A stretch of 64,000 nucleotides of DNA, taken from the NCBI RefSeq assembly GCF_022045235.1, contig NW_027266272.1, positions 29,140,001-29,204,000 of the forward strand, given 5' to 3'. How positions within the stretch are numbered: position 1 is the first letter of the stretch; each line of letters opens with the position of its first letter. The notes below the pieces were generated by a model, which had not been told where the DNA came from, searched no databases, and saw only the letters and a program-made list of their open reading frames with translations. Positions 25,403 through 37,162 of the stretch are shown here, piece by piece. The stretch is from Haliotis cracherodii (Eukaryota). The position numbers and the translations under genes were made by a program.

Positions 25403-25660
25403 CTTAATATTATGGAGTTTTTTCTAACCAGAACATTTGAGTTGTGCTAAATGTACCCGGTGTGAAAACTTAACATGATACACACCCCATAATCGACTTA
25501 GGGTAAGGGAAATTGTAGGATCCTTACAGACACGTTTTCAAGACATATGATTAATGAATTTTGTCTTTTATCCAAAAGAATATCGTCTTGATCAGAACTT
25601 CATCCTTTATTAAATACTACTTTGAACGACACATGTGTACGTTTTATAAATGTATACTGC

Positions 25661-25778
25661 CCTACTCTTCCTTACCCTGTACTGTGCTACTCTACCTTAC
25701 TCTTTACTATCCTACTCTACTGTCCTAGTCAGTACTGCCCTACTCTACCCTACCCTATCCCCTGCTACTCTGTACTGC
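25661..25778 (+). repeat. 118-bp satellite A insertion in intron 1 of gene copy 3
   Basis: Absent from copies 1, 2 and 4. TACTGC occurs at both junctions. Confidence 0.9.
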
Positions 25779-25786
25779 TGTTCATT

Positions 25787-27040
25787 ATGATGAATTGCTT
25801 GGTGGTAGTTCCTGTGACCCGCTTGCCCTCCGGGCTACCAACAGTGGTGATGGGAGATGGGACCAGATGTCTGGTAGGCAACAAGACTATCTGGATACCA
25901 GCTGGTAATCCGGTTAACCCCACCCTGAGTGCTGGTTACCCACAGCCAAGACTCCTGCAACCTGGAGCTCAGCCATCTGTGACTGGTACCCCCCCTGCCT
26001 CCTGCAGTCCAGGCACCATCTTGCAGTAGACGTAGGGAGATGATGCCTGTCAGCCTGCCCAGTTCAGAGATGGACCTACAGCTGATGAGACCAGAGGTAT
26101 ATTACATTGATGCTTATACATGTAGCCGAATGTAACACACACACAAAAAATAAAGTTTCTTAATCATAAAGAATCAAAATGAGACTTTGACTGTATCCCC
26201 CATCAGGCTTTCACCTGCATTCTGCCCCAACTTGACCAACCGAGTCCAGTTCCTGATTCAAAGTCTGCCCTTGTTGAAACTCCAGCCATACCATCAACAA
26301 GCAGCCCCAAACCCAATTCCAAGACCCCTATCCAGCTTAAGCAAAAACCTGAGCTCAAGCCCTGCAAACGCAAGCCCCGCACTTTCAGGCCAAAACCTCA
26401 GCCAAAGCCTCGCATTCCCAAGGAGAAAGTGAGCAAGCATCAGCCTGAAAGCAAGCCCTACTTTGTGCCTCAGCCACTTGGAGCTCAGCATATCAAAACC
26501 AAGATCAAACCCTTGGGAAGCCGTATCACTAAAGCCTCGGGTGGTCATGGTATCAATAAGTCTTCATCTAAGCTTACCTTTGGGGAACAGTTGTTGTCTG
26601 CTGATAATGCTTACATAAAGCCAAAGTCTGTCTTGCCCAGTACAGGTTGCAAGACCTTCCCTATCCCTGTTAAGAATGTAAATCATGAGATTGTTTCAGC
26701 ATCAGAGCGCGCTAAGTCAGGTGGTGTCACTGCTGCAACAGTAAGTGTAAGTCCTGACAAGGCAGTGGACAGAGCTGAACCTAACTCTGATGATGAATAT
26801 GATGTGGAATATCTGTATCTTACTAAACTGATTTTAAGGAAAAAGAAGAAACCCACTGCTGAGCCCAGTAAGGAGTCCCTGCCCTCACGCAAGAGGAAGT
26901 GCCCAGATGACAACAGCGAGGTGCCCCATGCTGTGAAGCAGGCAAGACTGGAGGAGCCCCAGGACACTCTGGAGGACCTGGAAGCTCTCCTGGCTGAGTA
27001 CAGCTCCAGTCTCTCATGTGGCACCAGGGACTTCTTCTAA
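25787..27040 (+). pseudogene. Gene copy 3 (type B), frameshifted; exons 25787-26096 and 26207-27040
   Basis: Same C7 frameshift (25989-25995), stop at 26029. The intron-1 acceptor is lost next to a satellite insertion. Confidence 0.72.
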
Positions 27041-27159
27041 ACACTGTAAGGGGCAGGGGACAGGTAGGTATAGATTAGTGTGTAGTATTTAGGTTAATGT
27101 TCGTACAGCTTCAAGACAGTCAACTCGTATTTTGACCATCAGCTACCGTCCATGGTACT

Positions 27160-29655
27160 CTATCCCTTGTATCTATATTCTCACTTTGCCTTTATGTCCT
27201 ACAGTACCCTACTTTGTTGTTAACTAATCTAAATGTTGTATGTCGTCTTCTACTCTAGTCTGCTGTGTACTGTCATACTGTACCATACCCATTGCATTGT
27301 CCAACTTTACTTTCTTCTGTACTACCCTACGTTACTTTCTTCTACACTGTACCCTTATCAATCCTGCTTACTGAACTCTGTACTATGCTAATAAGCCTCA
27401 TCTGTACTGTCCTACCCTGTAATGTCCTACCTTCCTCTGTACTGTCCTACTCTACCCTCCCTTGTACTGTCGTACTTTGTACTGTTCTATCGTACCTTAC
27501 TCTGTACTATCCTACTCTACTGTCCTGTACTGTCCTTCTCTGTACTGTTCTACTCTACGCTCCCCTGTACTCCCCTTCCATACCCTACTGTACTGCCCTT
27601 CTCTGAACTGTCCTACTCTACCCTCCCCTGTACTGTCCTATTCTACCCTAGTCTACAGTCCTACTTTGTACAATTCTATTGTACCTTACACTTACTCTTA
27701 CTATCCTACTCTACTGCCCTGTCCTGGACTGTCCTTCTCTGTACTGTTCTACCCTACTCTCCCCTGTATTCCCCTTCCATACCCTACTGTACTATCCCTC
27801 TCTGAACTGTCCTACTCTTCCCTCCCCTGTACTCTCCTACTCTACCCCCCCCCCCCCCCCCCCCCTCTTGTACTGCCCTACATTGTACAAATCTATTGTA
27901 CCTTACTCTTACTCTTACTATCCTACTCTATGGCCCTGTCCTGTACTGTCCTTCTCTGTAATTTCCTGCTCCACCCTACTGTGTTCAGTCCTTCTGTACC
28001 CTACTCTGTACTGTCCTACTGTACCCTCCCCTCTACTCTCCTATCCTAACCTACTCTACGATCCTACTCTAAACTTTCCTTCTCTGTACTGTCCTACATT
28101 ACCTTACCCTGTACTATCCTACTCTGTACTATCTCGCTGTGATATAACTAGAAAACTGTTAAAAGCAGCGTTAAACCCAACTCCCTCCCTCATTTACTCC
28201 AACTTTATCCTACTCTATCCTACTCTACCATCCTACCCTACTCTTCCCTGTACTGTCCTACCATACCCTACTCTGTACTGCCCTACTCTACACTGTTTTA
28301 CTCTTCCTTATTCTGTACGGCCCTACTCTACGATCCTACTCTGCACACTGTACTATCCTACTCTATACTACCTTACTCTGCACTATTCTACTCTGCCTTT
28401 CTCTGTACTGTACTACCCTGTACTGTCCTACTCTGTACTATCCTATTTTACTGTCCTACTGTGTACTGTTCTTCTCTACCTTACCCTGCACTATCCTACT
28501 TTACCCTACAGTGTACTGTCATACTCTTCCCTACTTTGTACTCACCTGCTCTACTCTACTCATATCCTGCACTGTCCTACTCTGTACTATCTTACCCTGC
28601 ACTATCCTACTTAACCCTACAGTGTACTGTCACACTCTACCCTACTGTACTCTCCTGCTCTACTCAACTCATATCCTGCACTGTACTTTGTACTTTTACT
28701 CTGTACTACCCTATTTTATTGTCCTACTGTTGACTGTTCTACAGCACCTTACCCTGTACTATCCTACTCTACCCTACAGTGTACTGTTCTACTGCACTCT
28801 CTCCGGTACTCTCCTACCCTACCTTGTACTGTCCTGCTGTACCCTACTATGTGCTGTCCTATTCTATCCTACTTTGTACTGTCCTACTCTACTGTCCTAC
28901 TCTGTACTGCCCTACTCTACCTTACCCTGCCCTGTGCAACTCTACCTTACTCTTTACTATCCTACTCTACTGTCCTAGTCTGTACTGCCCTACTCTACCC
29001 TACCCTATCCTGTGCTACTCTGTACTGCCCTACTCTACCCTAACCTGTCCTGTGCTACTCTCCCTTACTCTTTACTATCCTACTCAACTGTCCTAGTCTG
29101 TACTGCCCTAGTCTACCCTACCCTATCCTGTGCTACTCTACCTTACTCCTTACTATCCTACTCTACCCTTCCCTATCCTGTGCTACTCTACCTTACTCTG
29201 CAGTATACATCTCTGTACTGCCCTACTCTACCCTTTCCTGTACTGTGATACTCTACCTTATTCCTTACTAGCCTACTCTACTGTCCTAGTCTGTACTGCC
29301 CTACTCTACCCTACCCTATCCTGTGCTACTCTACCTTACGCCTTACTATCCTACTCTACCCTTCCCTAACCTGTGCTACTCTAGCTTACTCTGCAGTATC
29401 CAACTCTGTACTGCCCTACTCTACACTTCCCTGTACTGTGCTACTCTACCTCACTCCTTACTATCCTACTCTACCTTTCCCTATCCTGTGCTACTCTACC
29501 TTACGCAGCAGTATCCTACTCTACTGTCCTACTCTGTTCTGCCCTACTCTACCCTTCCCTGTACTGTGCTACTCTACCTTACTCCTTACTATCCTACTCT
29601 ACTGTCCTAGTCTATACTGTCCTATTCTAGCCTACTCTGTACTGTCCTACCCTGT
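27160..29655 (+). repeat. Satellite A, unit 3 proximal block (degenerate; poly-C at ~27846-27865)
   Basis: 5-mer and 25-mer periodicity. Confidence 0.9.
28130..28195 (+). mobile_element. Probable SINE 3' tail fragment
   Basis: atctcgctgtgatataactagaaaactgttaaaagcagcgttaaacccaactccctccctc resembles mollusc SINE ends (...AAAAGCGGCGTTAAAC followed by a tetranucleotide tail). Recognised from memory, not by search. Confidence 0.5.
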
Positions 29656-30074
29656 CATGTCCACAAAGGGCTGTATATAGGTAAATGACTTAGACGTAAG
29701 AAATGTAATAAGTCATTGGCAAAAGTCAATAAGTCAAATCATTACTTTTAAAAAATCAGGTATAGTTTCTGCGCACCTGGCTACCTGCCGGGCCTGGGAG
29801 GAATAATGCCATATGTTGAAGCATATTGAAAAAAACTTACCTCATACATACTTACCTTTTGTTGAAAAAACAAAACAACATAAGACATTAATACAACATA
29901 TATCCATGTGTTATGGCTTTTCGGACACTGAAGAAACATTCATAGTTTTTGCGCTAATCACAAATGTAAAAAACATCTCATTCACTTATAAAGGACAAGT
30001 TTATCTTAAAAACAAACCATCATCTGAGTATTTACAATTTCTGTGTGACGCCACACCCCTCGTTATAGTGCAAG

Positions 30075-30135
30075 TATTCGTGATAGAAACTGTATAAAGT
30101 CCGAAAAGCGACGTTACACCCACTCACTCACTCTT
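30075..30135 (+). mobile_element. Degenerate SINE-like tail with (CACT)n, unit 3 paralogue
   Basis: aaaagcgacgttacacccactcactcactc. Confidence 0.4.
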
Positions 30136-30149
30136 TCACTCCTACTTTA

Positions 30150-30560
30150 TCCTGCTCTTCACTGTCCTATTCTAGCCTACTCTGTACTGTCCTACCCTAA
30201 CCTACTCTGTACTGACCTACCCTACCCTACTCTGTACTGTCCTACTCTATCCTACTCTGTACTGTCCAACCCTTCCCTAGTCTGTACTGTCCTACTCTAC
30301 CCTACTCTGTACTGTCCTACTCTACCCTACTCTGTACTGTCCAATTCTAGCCTTCTCTGTACTGTCCTACCCTACCCTACTATGGACTGTCCTAGTCTGT
30401 ACTGTTCTACTCTAACTCAATCTGAACCGTCCAACCCTACCCTTCTCTGCCTTGCCCTTAGCCTACCCTACTCTGTACTGTCTTATTCTACCCTACTCTG
30501 TACTGTCCTACTCTACCCCACTCTGCACTTTCCTACTTTGTACTGTTCTACTCTACCTTA
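30150..30560 (+). repeat. Satellite A, unit 3 distal block
   Basis: 25-bp monomers. Confidence 0.9.
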
Positions 30561-32002
30561 CAATATTTCTGTTCATTTCGCTACTCTCCTACAAACTTGC
30601 GATAACAGTTCAGACGGTAGTCAAGTGGTAGTTATTTTCGAGAATTTAACATTTGAGATTATGTTTAATAGTTCGCACTTTATTCAAGTAATGTAAGATA
30701 TGCGAAGGAAATGTGTCACTGTACGTTTTTGTAAGTTCGCGTGAAGAGTGGAAAGGGACGGCTGTGAGGGGAGGCTGGAGGCCGTATTTTTAGTATGTAA
30801 CTCATATGCGTATATTAATATAAGTTTTTAATACGTTTTTTCTTAATAAAATATCTTTTTCCAGTGTAAGAAGTAGTTCTGTTGTATTTAAGAACTGAAG
30901 TTGATTTGTATGGTTAGATGATGTGAAGGAAGAATGTGAGTTAGCCAATTGCATGGTGCTCATTGAGCATCAGCTGACAGACCCCATTCATGATATACGT
31001 CTTTGTTGTGTATTTTACTGTCGAATTACTCAACAAGGTTTTTAATGGCCATATCCTATCAACATCATAGTTCAGAAGATTGGACACACATAATTTCTTT
31101 GATTTCTATCATGAATGCCACACAAACAGTGCATGATGAGAACAGTTTAGCATGAAGTGGTCAGTCAGGTCACACATTCAAATATTATTCATATATGATC
31201 GTTCCTGACATTGTTTATACTTGTAGAAGTATCAAACTTTAATTACAATCTTATATGTCAGATTATAAGAATCAGTTATTACGAAAATTCACGAAATATG
31301 TGAACATGTATTGTATCCAAGATGGAGTGTTCAATATTTACGTCACACATGGAATATTACGGCAAGATATAATGTACTCGTACAAAGGAAGAGATATGCT
31401 TTAGTTTGAGTGTCAGCGTGAGAATGGATACCCCTGAGGGGAAACAAATGTGGAAAGCAAATTCACGAGTGAGTGAGGAAATGGGCAAATCAATAAGCAT
31501 ATGCAGTGGAATATTATATCTGTATTATGGCGGCATGTGAGGTTATCCAGTCTGAACCAGTAAAACCACGAAGACACACAACCTATCAGGATTACTGATG
31601 ACTCTCCATCATGCACTCTTTATTGTTGTGAAACATTCCAAAGAGTAGAATAGGTAAAATATGTCAACTCATTAAGGATTTACAGAAAGCTGCCATTCAT
31701 GATATACGTCCAGGTGATGTCTTTCAGCATGTTCAGTGTATGTTATCTTAATGGCCATTACCCATCGATAGGAAATGTGCAAATCAACAGACATATGGAG
31801 CGGATATTCTATCCATGTAGGAAATATAATATGTATTGCCTCGTATTTTTCTAAGTGTACCAAAAGAAATGTTTGTCATCTACTGGTAAAGAAACAAATA
31901 TTACAGCTGGATCAGTGGCGGGATGAAAGAAAATCTAGTCTGAACCAGACAAACCACGATGCCACAAGTAACCAATCACACTTGGTCCTCCATAAATCAC
32001 TG

Positions 32003-32550
32003 AGTATTGTCACGAAACATTTCTGAGACAGAATGAGTGCCTGGTAAACTGAACTGTACACAAAAGATGGGTCACTCTGATAACGCACTGACAATAAGCT
32101 GATAAAACGTGCCTCACAGCTAGTCCTCCTTAAAGAACTATTCATGTACAGCCATTGTCACCAAGACCATCTCCAGACAAACATGGGTGAATTGTAAACT
32201 ATTCTCATCTAGACTCATAATGCGTGTCACTCAGATAAACACAGAACGTAAGTTGATGTAACACACGTCACAGCTGGTCCTCCATGAAACACTTTTAATA
32301 CTCAGCAGCCATTGTCACCAACGTGGTCTCAAGACAAACATGGGTGACTTGTAAACTATTCTCATCAAGACTCATAATGCGTGTCATTCAGATAACACAG
32401 AACGTAAGTTGATGTAACACACGTCACAGCTGGCCCTCCATAAAGCAATTTTAATACTCAGCAGCCATTGTCACCAACGTGGTCACAAGACAAATATGGG
32501 TGACTGGTAAGCTTTTCTGACCTGGACACATTAGGTGGGTTACTCAGACG
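32003..32550. repeat. ~157-bp repeat, unit 3
   Basis: Same anchor at ~32149, ~32306 and ~32462, with a degenerate copy at ~32003. Confidence 0.85.
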
Positions 32551-33320
32551 AGATCTGATCATACATGAATATGGTATAGCATGCATTGATGCAATGGTTG
32601 ATATCATACACGCATTCCAAGCAATACACGGTTAGGAAACAGCTTTGCTTTTTGCAATGCAAAAGTTTAAGTTCGGTTCTTGTATTTGCCAAAGAAAATT
32701 TTCCACACGAGCATCTGAAACCTATGAAATGCTGTAATTTATGATATATAATATCAGAAACGTATTAGATAATGACACATTTATGGTGCAAATATGTTTT
32801 TCTTAGTCTGACGGATAAAAAAGTGAAAATTTCTAAATGCAATGGCCATATCTTCTTTTATAAATCAACTGTCTGTAATACGCTAAAATAGGCCCGCTTC
32901 ATGTAGAAGCACCGGAGTGTCAATATGGGTTTAGTAGGCCAACATGGGATGTAAGCAGCCTAACACAGTTGTGCCAGGCCAATATGGCTTTTGCGTGTGA
33001 TTGCATTCCTTACATTGCAATCCCCAAAAGGTGATAAACTGCTGTCATGTAAGATCGTGGATCCTGTCCTATAACTGTGACATTTTTTATCTTTTTTATT
33101 CTTGATCTCTTTTACAGATTCTCTTTTGAAACACAAAGTTTAGGTAGTCAATTATAAATGTCATAAAATGTGTGTTTTCAAATTGGCCTTGTAACAGGTC
33201 TTCGGACAGTCAATTTGGCCCAGTATCATTGCCTCGGTCCAATATAGCCCAGCCAGGGCCATATGACTAACTTTGCTTTTTCCTTGTATTTTTTGTCATG
33301 GTCGTCCTCCCACTATACAT

Positions 33321-33570
33321 ACTTGTGCACACGTACATTGCCCTGGTGGAACAGCACACGTTTTGAAAGTTGCCAATGATATTTAGCCTTGACGCTGTTA
33401 ATTCCCTGAGCAGATAAGCATAATGTTGGCCTTTAAGGATCAAACCTTTCGGGAGGTAGTCCATCACAAAACCGAAGCCGTCACGTTTCCTTGGAACATA
33501 CTTGGCCTCTTACAGAGGAGATGTTACAGGTTTACACTGCAAGTTTATACTGATGGCTTTCCGAGGACCC
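33321..33570 (-). mobile_element. Degenerate Tc1/mariner (DD34D mariner) transposase fragment
   Basis: With frameshifts, the minus strand reads LQCKPVTSPL*EAKYVP / GNVTASVL / MDYLPKGLILKGQHYAYLLREL / VKAKYHWQLSKRVLFHQGNVRVHK. These match, in order, the mariner motifs QW...SP.PKKAK..PSAGKVMASVFWD, DYL.KG.TI.G.YY..LL..L and K..VLFHQDNA..H. Confidence 0.82.
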
Positions 33571-33747
33571 CCCCAAAGGTTCATCCTCCCCACTCCCCTC
33601 TGCGTCCTCATCTCCCTCCTTATCCCTACTTTCCACTTATTCGGTACTACCAGTTCCATCCTCCTCGTCTTCCTCTCCACCGTCCCTACTTCCCTCTCCA
33701 TCCTCCCTAATTTCCTCTCCTCCCTCCCTTGCTCACGCCAATCCTCC

Positions 33748-34655
33748 TCCCTCATACTTCCATGTCCCCCATACCCGTATGTCCGTCCTGCCTCTACATT
33801 TCCTTCCCCCTCTCATACCTCCATGTCCCCCATACCCGTATGTCCGTTCTCCCACTGCAGTCCCCTTCCCCTCTCATACCTCCATGTCCCCCATACCCGT
33901 ATGTCAGTCCTCCCACGACAGCCCCATTCCCCTCTTATACCTTCATGTCCCCCTTACCCGTATGTCCGTCCCCCCACTACAGTCCCCTTCCCCTCTCATA
34001 CCTCCATGCCCCCCATACCCGTATGTCCGTCCCCCCACTACAGTCCCCTTCCCCACTCATACCTCCATGCCCCCCATACCCGTATGTCCGTCCTCCCACT
34101 ACAGTCCCCTTCCCCTCTCATACCTTCATGTCCCCACACAGGTATGTCTGTTCTCCCACTACAGCCCCCTTCCCCTCTCATACGTTGATGTCCAACTTAC
34201 CCGTATGTCCGTCCTCCCAATACAGTCCCCTTCCCCTCTCATACATTAATGTCCCCACCCAGGTATGTCTGTCCTCCCACTGCAGCCCCTTTCCCCTCTC
34301 ATACCTTGATGTCCAACTTACCCGTATGTCAGTCCTCCACTACAGCCCTTCCCCTCTCATACCTCCATGTTCCCCATACCAGTATGTCCGTCCTCCCGAT
34401 GCAGCCCCCTTCCCCTCTCACACCTCCATGTCCCCCATACCCGTATGTCAGTCCTCCCACTACAGTCCCCTTCCCCTTTCATACCTCCATGTCCCCCATA
34501 CCCGTATGTCAGTCCTCCCACTACAGTCCCCTTCCCCTTTCATACCTCCATGTCCCCCATACCCGTATGTCAGCCCTCCCACTACAGTCTACTTCCCCTC
34601 TCATAACTCCATGTCCCTATACCCGTATGTCTGTCCTCCCACTGTCTGTCCTCCC
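33748..34655 (+). repeat. Satellite B, unit 3 (~15 copies)
   Basis: 61-bp periodicity. Confidence 0.95.
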
Positions 34656-35083
34656 ATTTTTCTGCTAATCTAATTCGACACAACATATAGAAAGTGGTAT
34701 ATGGCTACTAAGGACACAAAACTAATAATATATCCGGTGCCGTTGCCTCCGACCTCCACATATAGCTTCCATCCTCTGTCATACCCCTATGTTGTCTACT
34801 GCCACCTGCCCTTGCCAACGGTAATTTAAGGAAAGAAAAAGTGTAACCTATGCAAATCTTTCAAAATCGTTATCAATAGTACTCCTTTTATATTTCTGAG
34901 AGCAGCAATTCTTGTAACCAAGAACCCACACTAAACCTGAAATAAACAATTACATTAACACCAGGAAAAATGACAATGGAGTTTATTTAACATAGAATAC
35001 GACGGCACCTTTTCATTATTAATGAAACATTTTCCCAAGTTATTTGATGATCCATTCAAGCGCTAATATAATCCTCTTTCAAG

Positions 35084-35325
35084 AAGGGTAACTCTATTTA
35101 CCTATTAAACTCTTCCAGAGTAGTTTCCCTTAGAATGATCTTCGCATTTCATAACTTTTAAGATCCAATCTAAACAGGCGACGTACCCAATGTTGATGTG
35201 TATATTTCAAAATGTAAAGGCAGACGGAAGTGCCAAGTGATTCATAAAGTCGACGCATGCGTGGACTTGCTTTAAGTAGCGGCGTCATGACAACTGTTCG
35301 GCCTTCCTGTGTGTCAGCCATTTTG
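35084..35325 (+). promoter_or_regulatory. Putative promoter, copy 4
   Basis: Same motifs as copy 1. Confidence 0.6.
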
Positions 35326-35847
35326 AGAGATATCACTGGAAGTTTTCACAGTTTTATCGTGCAAAATACGGGCTTTAAAAGTGTGTACAACTTGATGAGG
35401 TGGAGAAAACTATGAATCCTACCAGGACAGGTATGTGTCATTATCCTTTTTACCAGTGATAAAGCTGGATGAAGCTGTTTAAATATGTTTAAAAAGCATA
35501 AATAGACGCTGATCTTTCTATACTTCAATTTTAATTTTCATTGTCTGTATATGGGTGTTAATATTATGGAGTTGCACAATAACAGTAGGTTGTTGTTTCT
35601 AACCTGAACAGTTGTACTAAATGTACCCAGTGTTAAAACGTAACATGATACACACCCCATAATCGACTCAGGAACAGAGAAATTGTAGGATCCCTGCAGA
35701 CATGTTTTCAAGACACCTAGAATTAATGACTTTTGTCTTTTATCTAAAAGAATGGTCTTGATCAGAACTTCATCCTTTATTAAATACTTCTTTGAGCCTC
35801 ACGTGTTTGCGTTTTATAAATGTATACTGCTCTTCAGTACTATCATA

Positions 35848-37113
35848 ATGATGAATTGCTTGGTGGTAGTTCCTGTGACCCTCTTGCCGCCCGGGCTGCC
35901 AACAGTGGTGATGGGAGATGGGACCAGATGTCTGGTAGACAACAGCACTATCTGGATACCAGCTGGTGACGCTATTAACCTCTCCCTGGGTGCTTGTTAC
36001 CCACAGCCAATCCTCCTGCAACCTGGAGTTCAGCCATTTGTGACTGGTATCCTCCTGCCTCCTGCAGTCCAGGCACCACCTTGCAGTAGACGTAGGGAGA
36101 TGATGCCTGTCTGCCAACTGCCTGTCAGCCTGCCCAGTTCAGAGATGGACCTACAGCTGATGAGACCAGAGGTATATTATATTTATGCTAATACATGTAC
36201 CAGAATGTAACACAAAAAGTATGTTTTTCTTTCTTAATCATAAAGAATCAAAATGAGACTTTGACTGTATCACCCATCATGCCTTCTCTTGTGTTTTGCC
36301 CCGACTTGACCAACCGAGTCCAGTTCCTCCTTCCCAGTCTGCTAATGTTGAAACTCAAGCCATACCATCAACAAGCAGCCCCAAACCCATTCCAAGACCC
36401 CTATCCAGCTGAAGCCAAAACCTGAGCTCAAGCCCTGCAAACGCAGACCCTGCACTTTCAAGCCAAAACCTCAGCCAAAGCCTCGCATTCCCAAGGAGAA
36501 AGCGAGCAAGCATCAGCCTGAGTGCAAGCCCTACTTTGTGCCTCAGCCTCTTGGAACTCAGCATATGAAACCCCAGAGCAAAACCCTGGTGAACCGTATC
36601 ACTAAGCCCTCTGGTAGTCATGGTATCATTAAGACCTCATCTAAGCTTAGTTTTTGTAAACAGTTGTTGTCTGCTGATTGTGCTTACATAAAGTCAAAGT
36701 CTGTCTTGCCCAGTACAGGTTGCAAGACCTTGCCTGTCCCTGCTAAGAATGTAAATGATGAGGTTGTTTCGGCATCAGAGAGTCCTAAGTCAGGTGGTGT
36801 CATTGCTGCAACAGTAAGTGTAAGTCCTGATAAGGCAGTGGACAGGGCTGAGCCCAACTCTGAGGATGAATATGATGTGGAATATCTGTATCATACTAAA
36901 CTAATTTTAAGGAAAAAGAAGAAACCCACTACTGAGCCCAGTAAGGAGTCCCTTCCCTCACGCAAGAGGAAGTGCCCAGATGACAAAAGCGAGGTGCCCC
37001 AAGCTGTGAAGCAGGCAAGACTGGAGGATCCCCAGGACACTCTGGAGGACCTGGAAGCTCTCCTGGCTGAGTATAGCTCCAGTCTCTCGTCTGGCACCAG
37101 GGACTTCTTCTAA
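35848..37113 (+). pseudogene. Gene copy 4 (type A), disabled
   Basis: Exon 35848-36171 is intact. The acceptor is changed CAG>CAT at 36278-36280, and a 1-nt deletion near 36389 (aaacccattcc vs aaacccaattcc) makes the last exon 833 instead of 834 nt. Confidence 0.72.
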
Positions 37114-37162
37114 ACACTGTAAGGGGCAGGGGACAGGTAGGTAAAGATTAGTGTGATCTTTC

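Larger units (their letters stand above)
24608..34786 (+). repeat. Macrosatellite unit 3 (~10.2 kb)
   Basis: Collinear with units 1 and 2, with a shorter 61-bp array and a ~360-bp spacer deletion near 31768. Confidence 0.95.
34787..37162 (+). repeat. Truncated macrosatellite unit 4 (promoter and gene only)
   Basis: Homology to unit 1 ends about 50 nt after the stop codon (gtgtgatctttc), where the 20-bp satellite begins. Confidence 0.93.

Noticed and set aside
1-37162. rDNA, histone cluster or tandem autonomous transposon as the repeat unit
   Set aside because: No rRNA, histone, RT, integrase, Rep/helicase or intact transposase sequence is recognisable, and I see no LTRs or TIRs bounding the unit.
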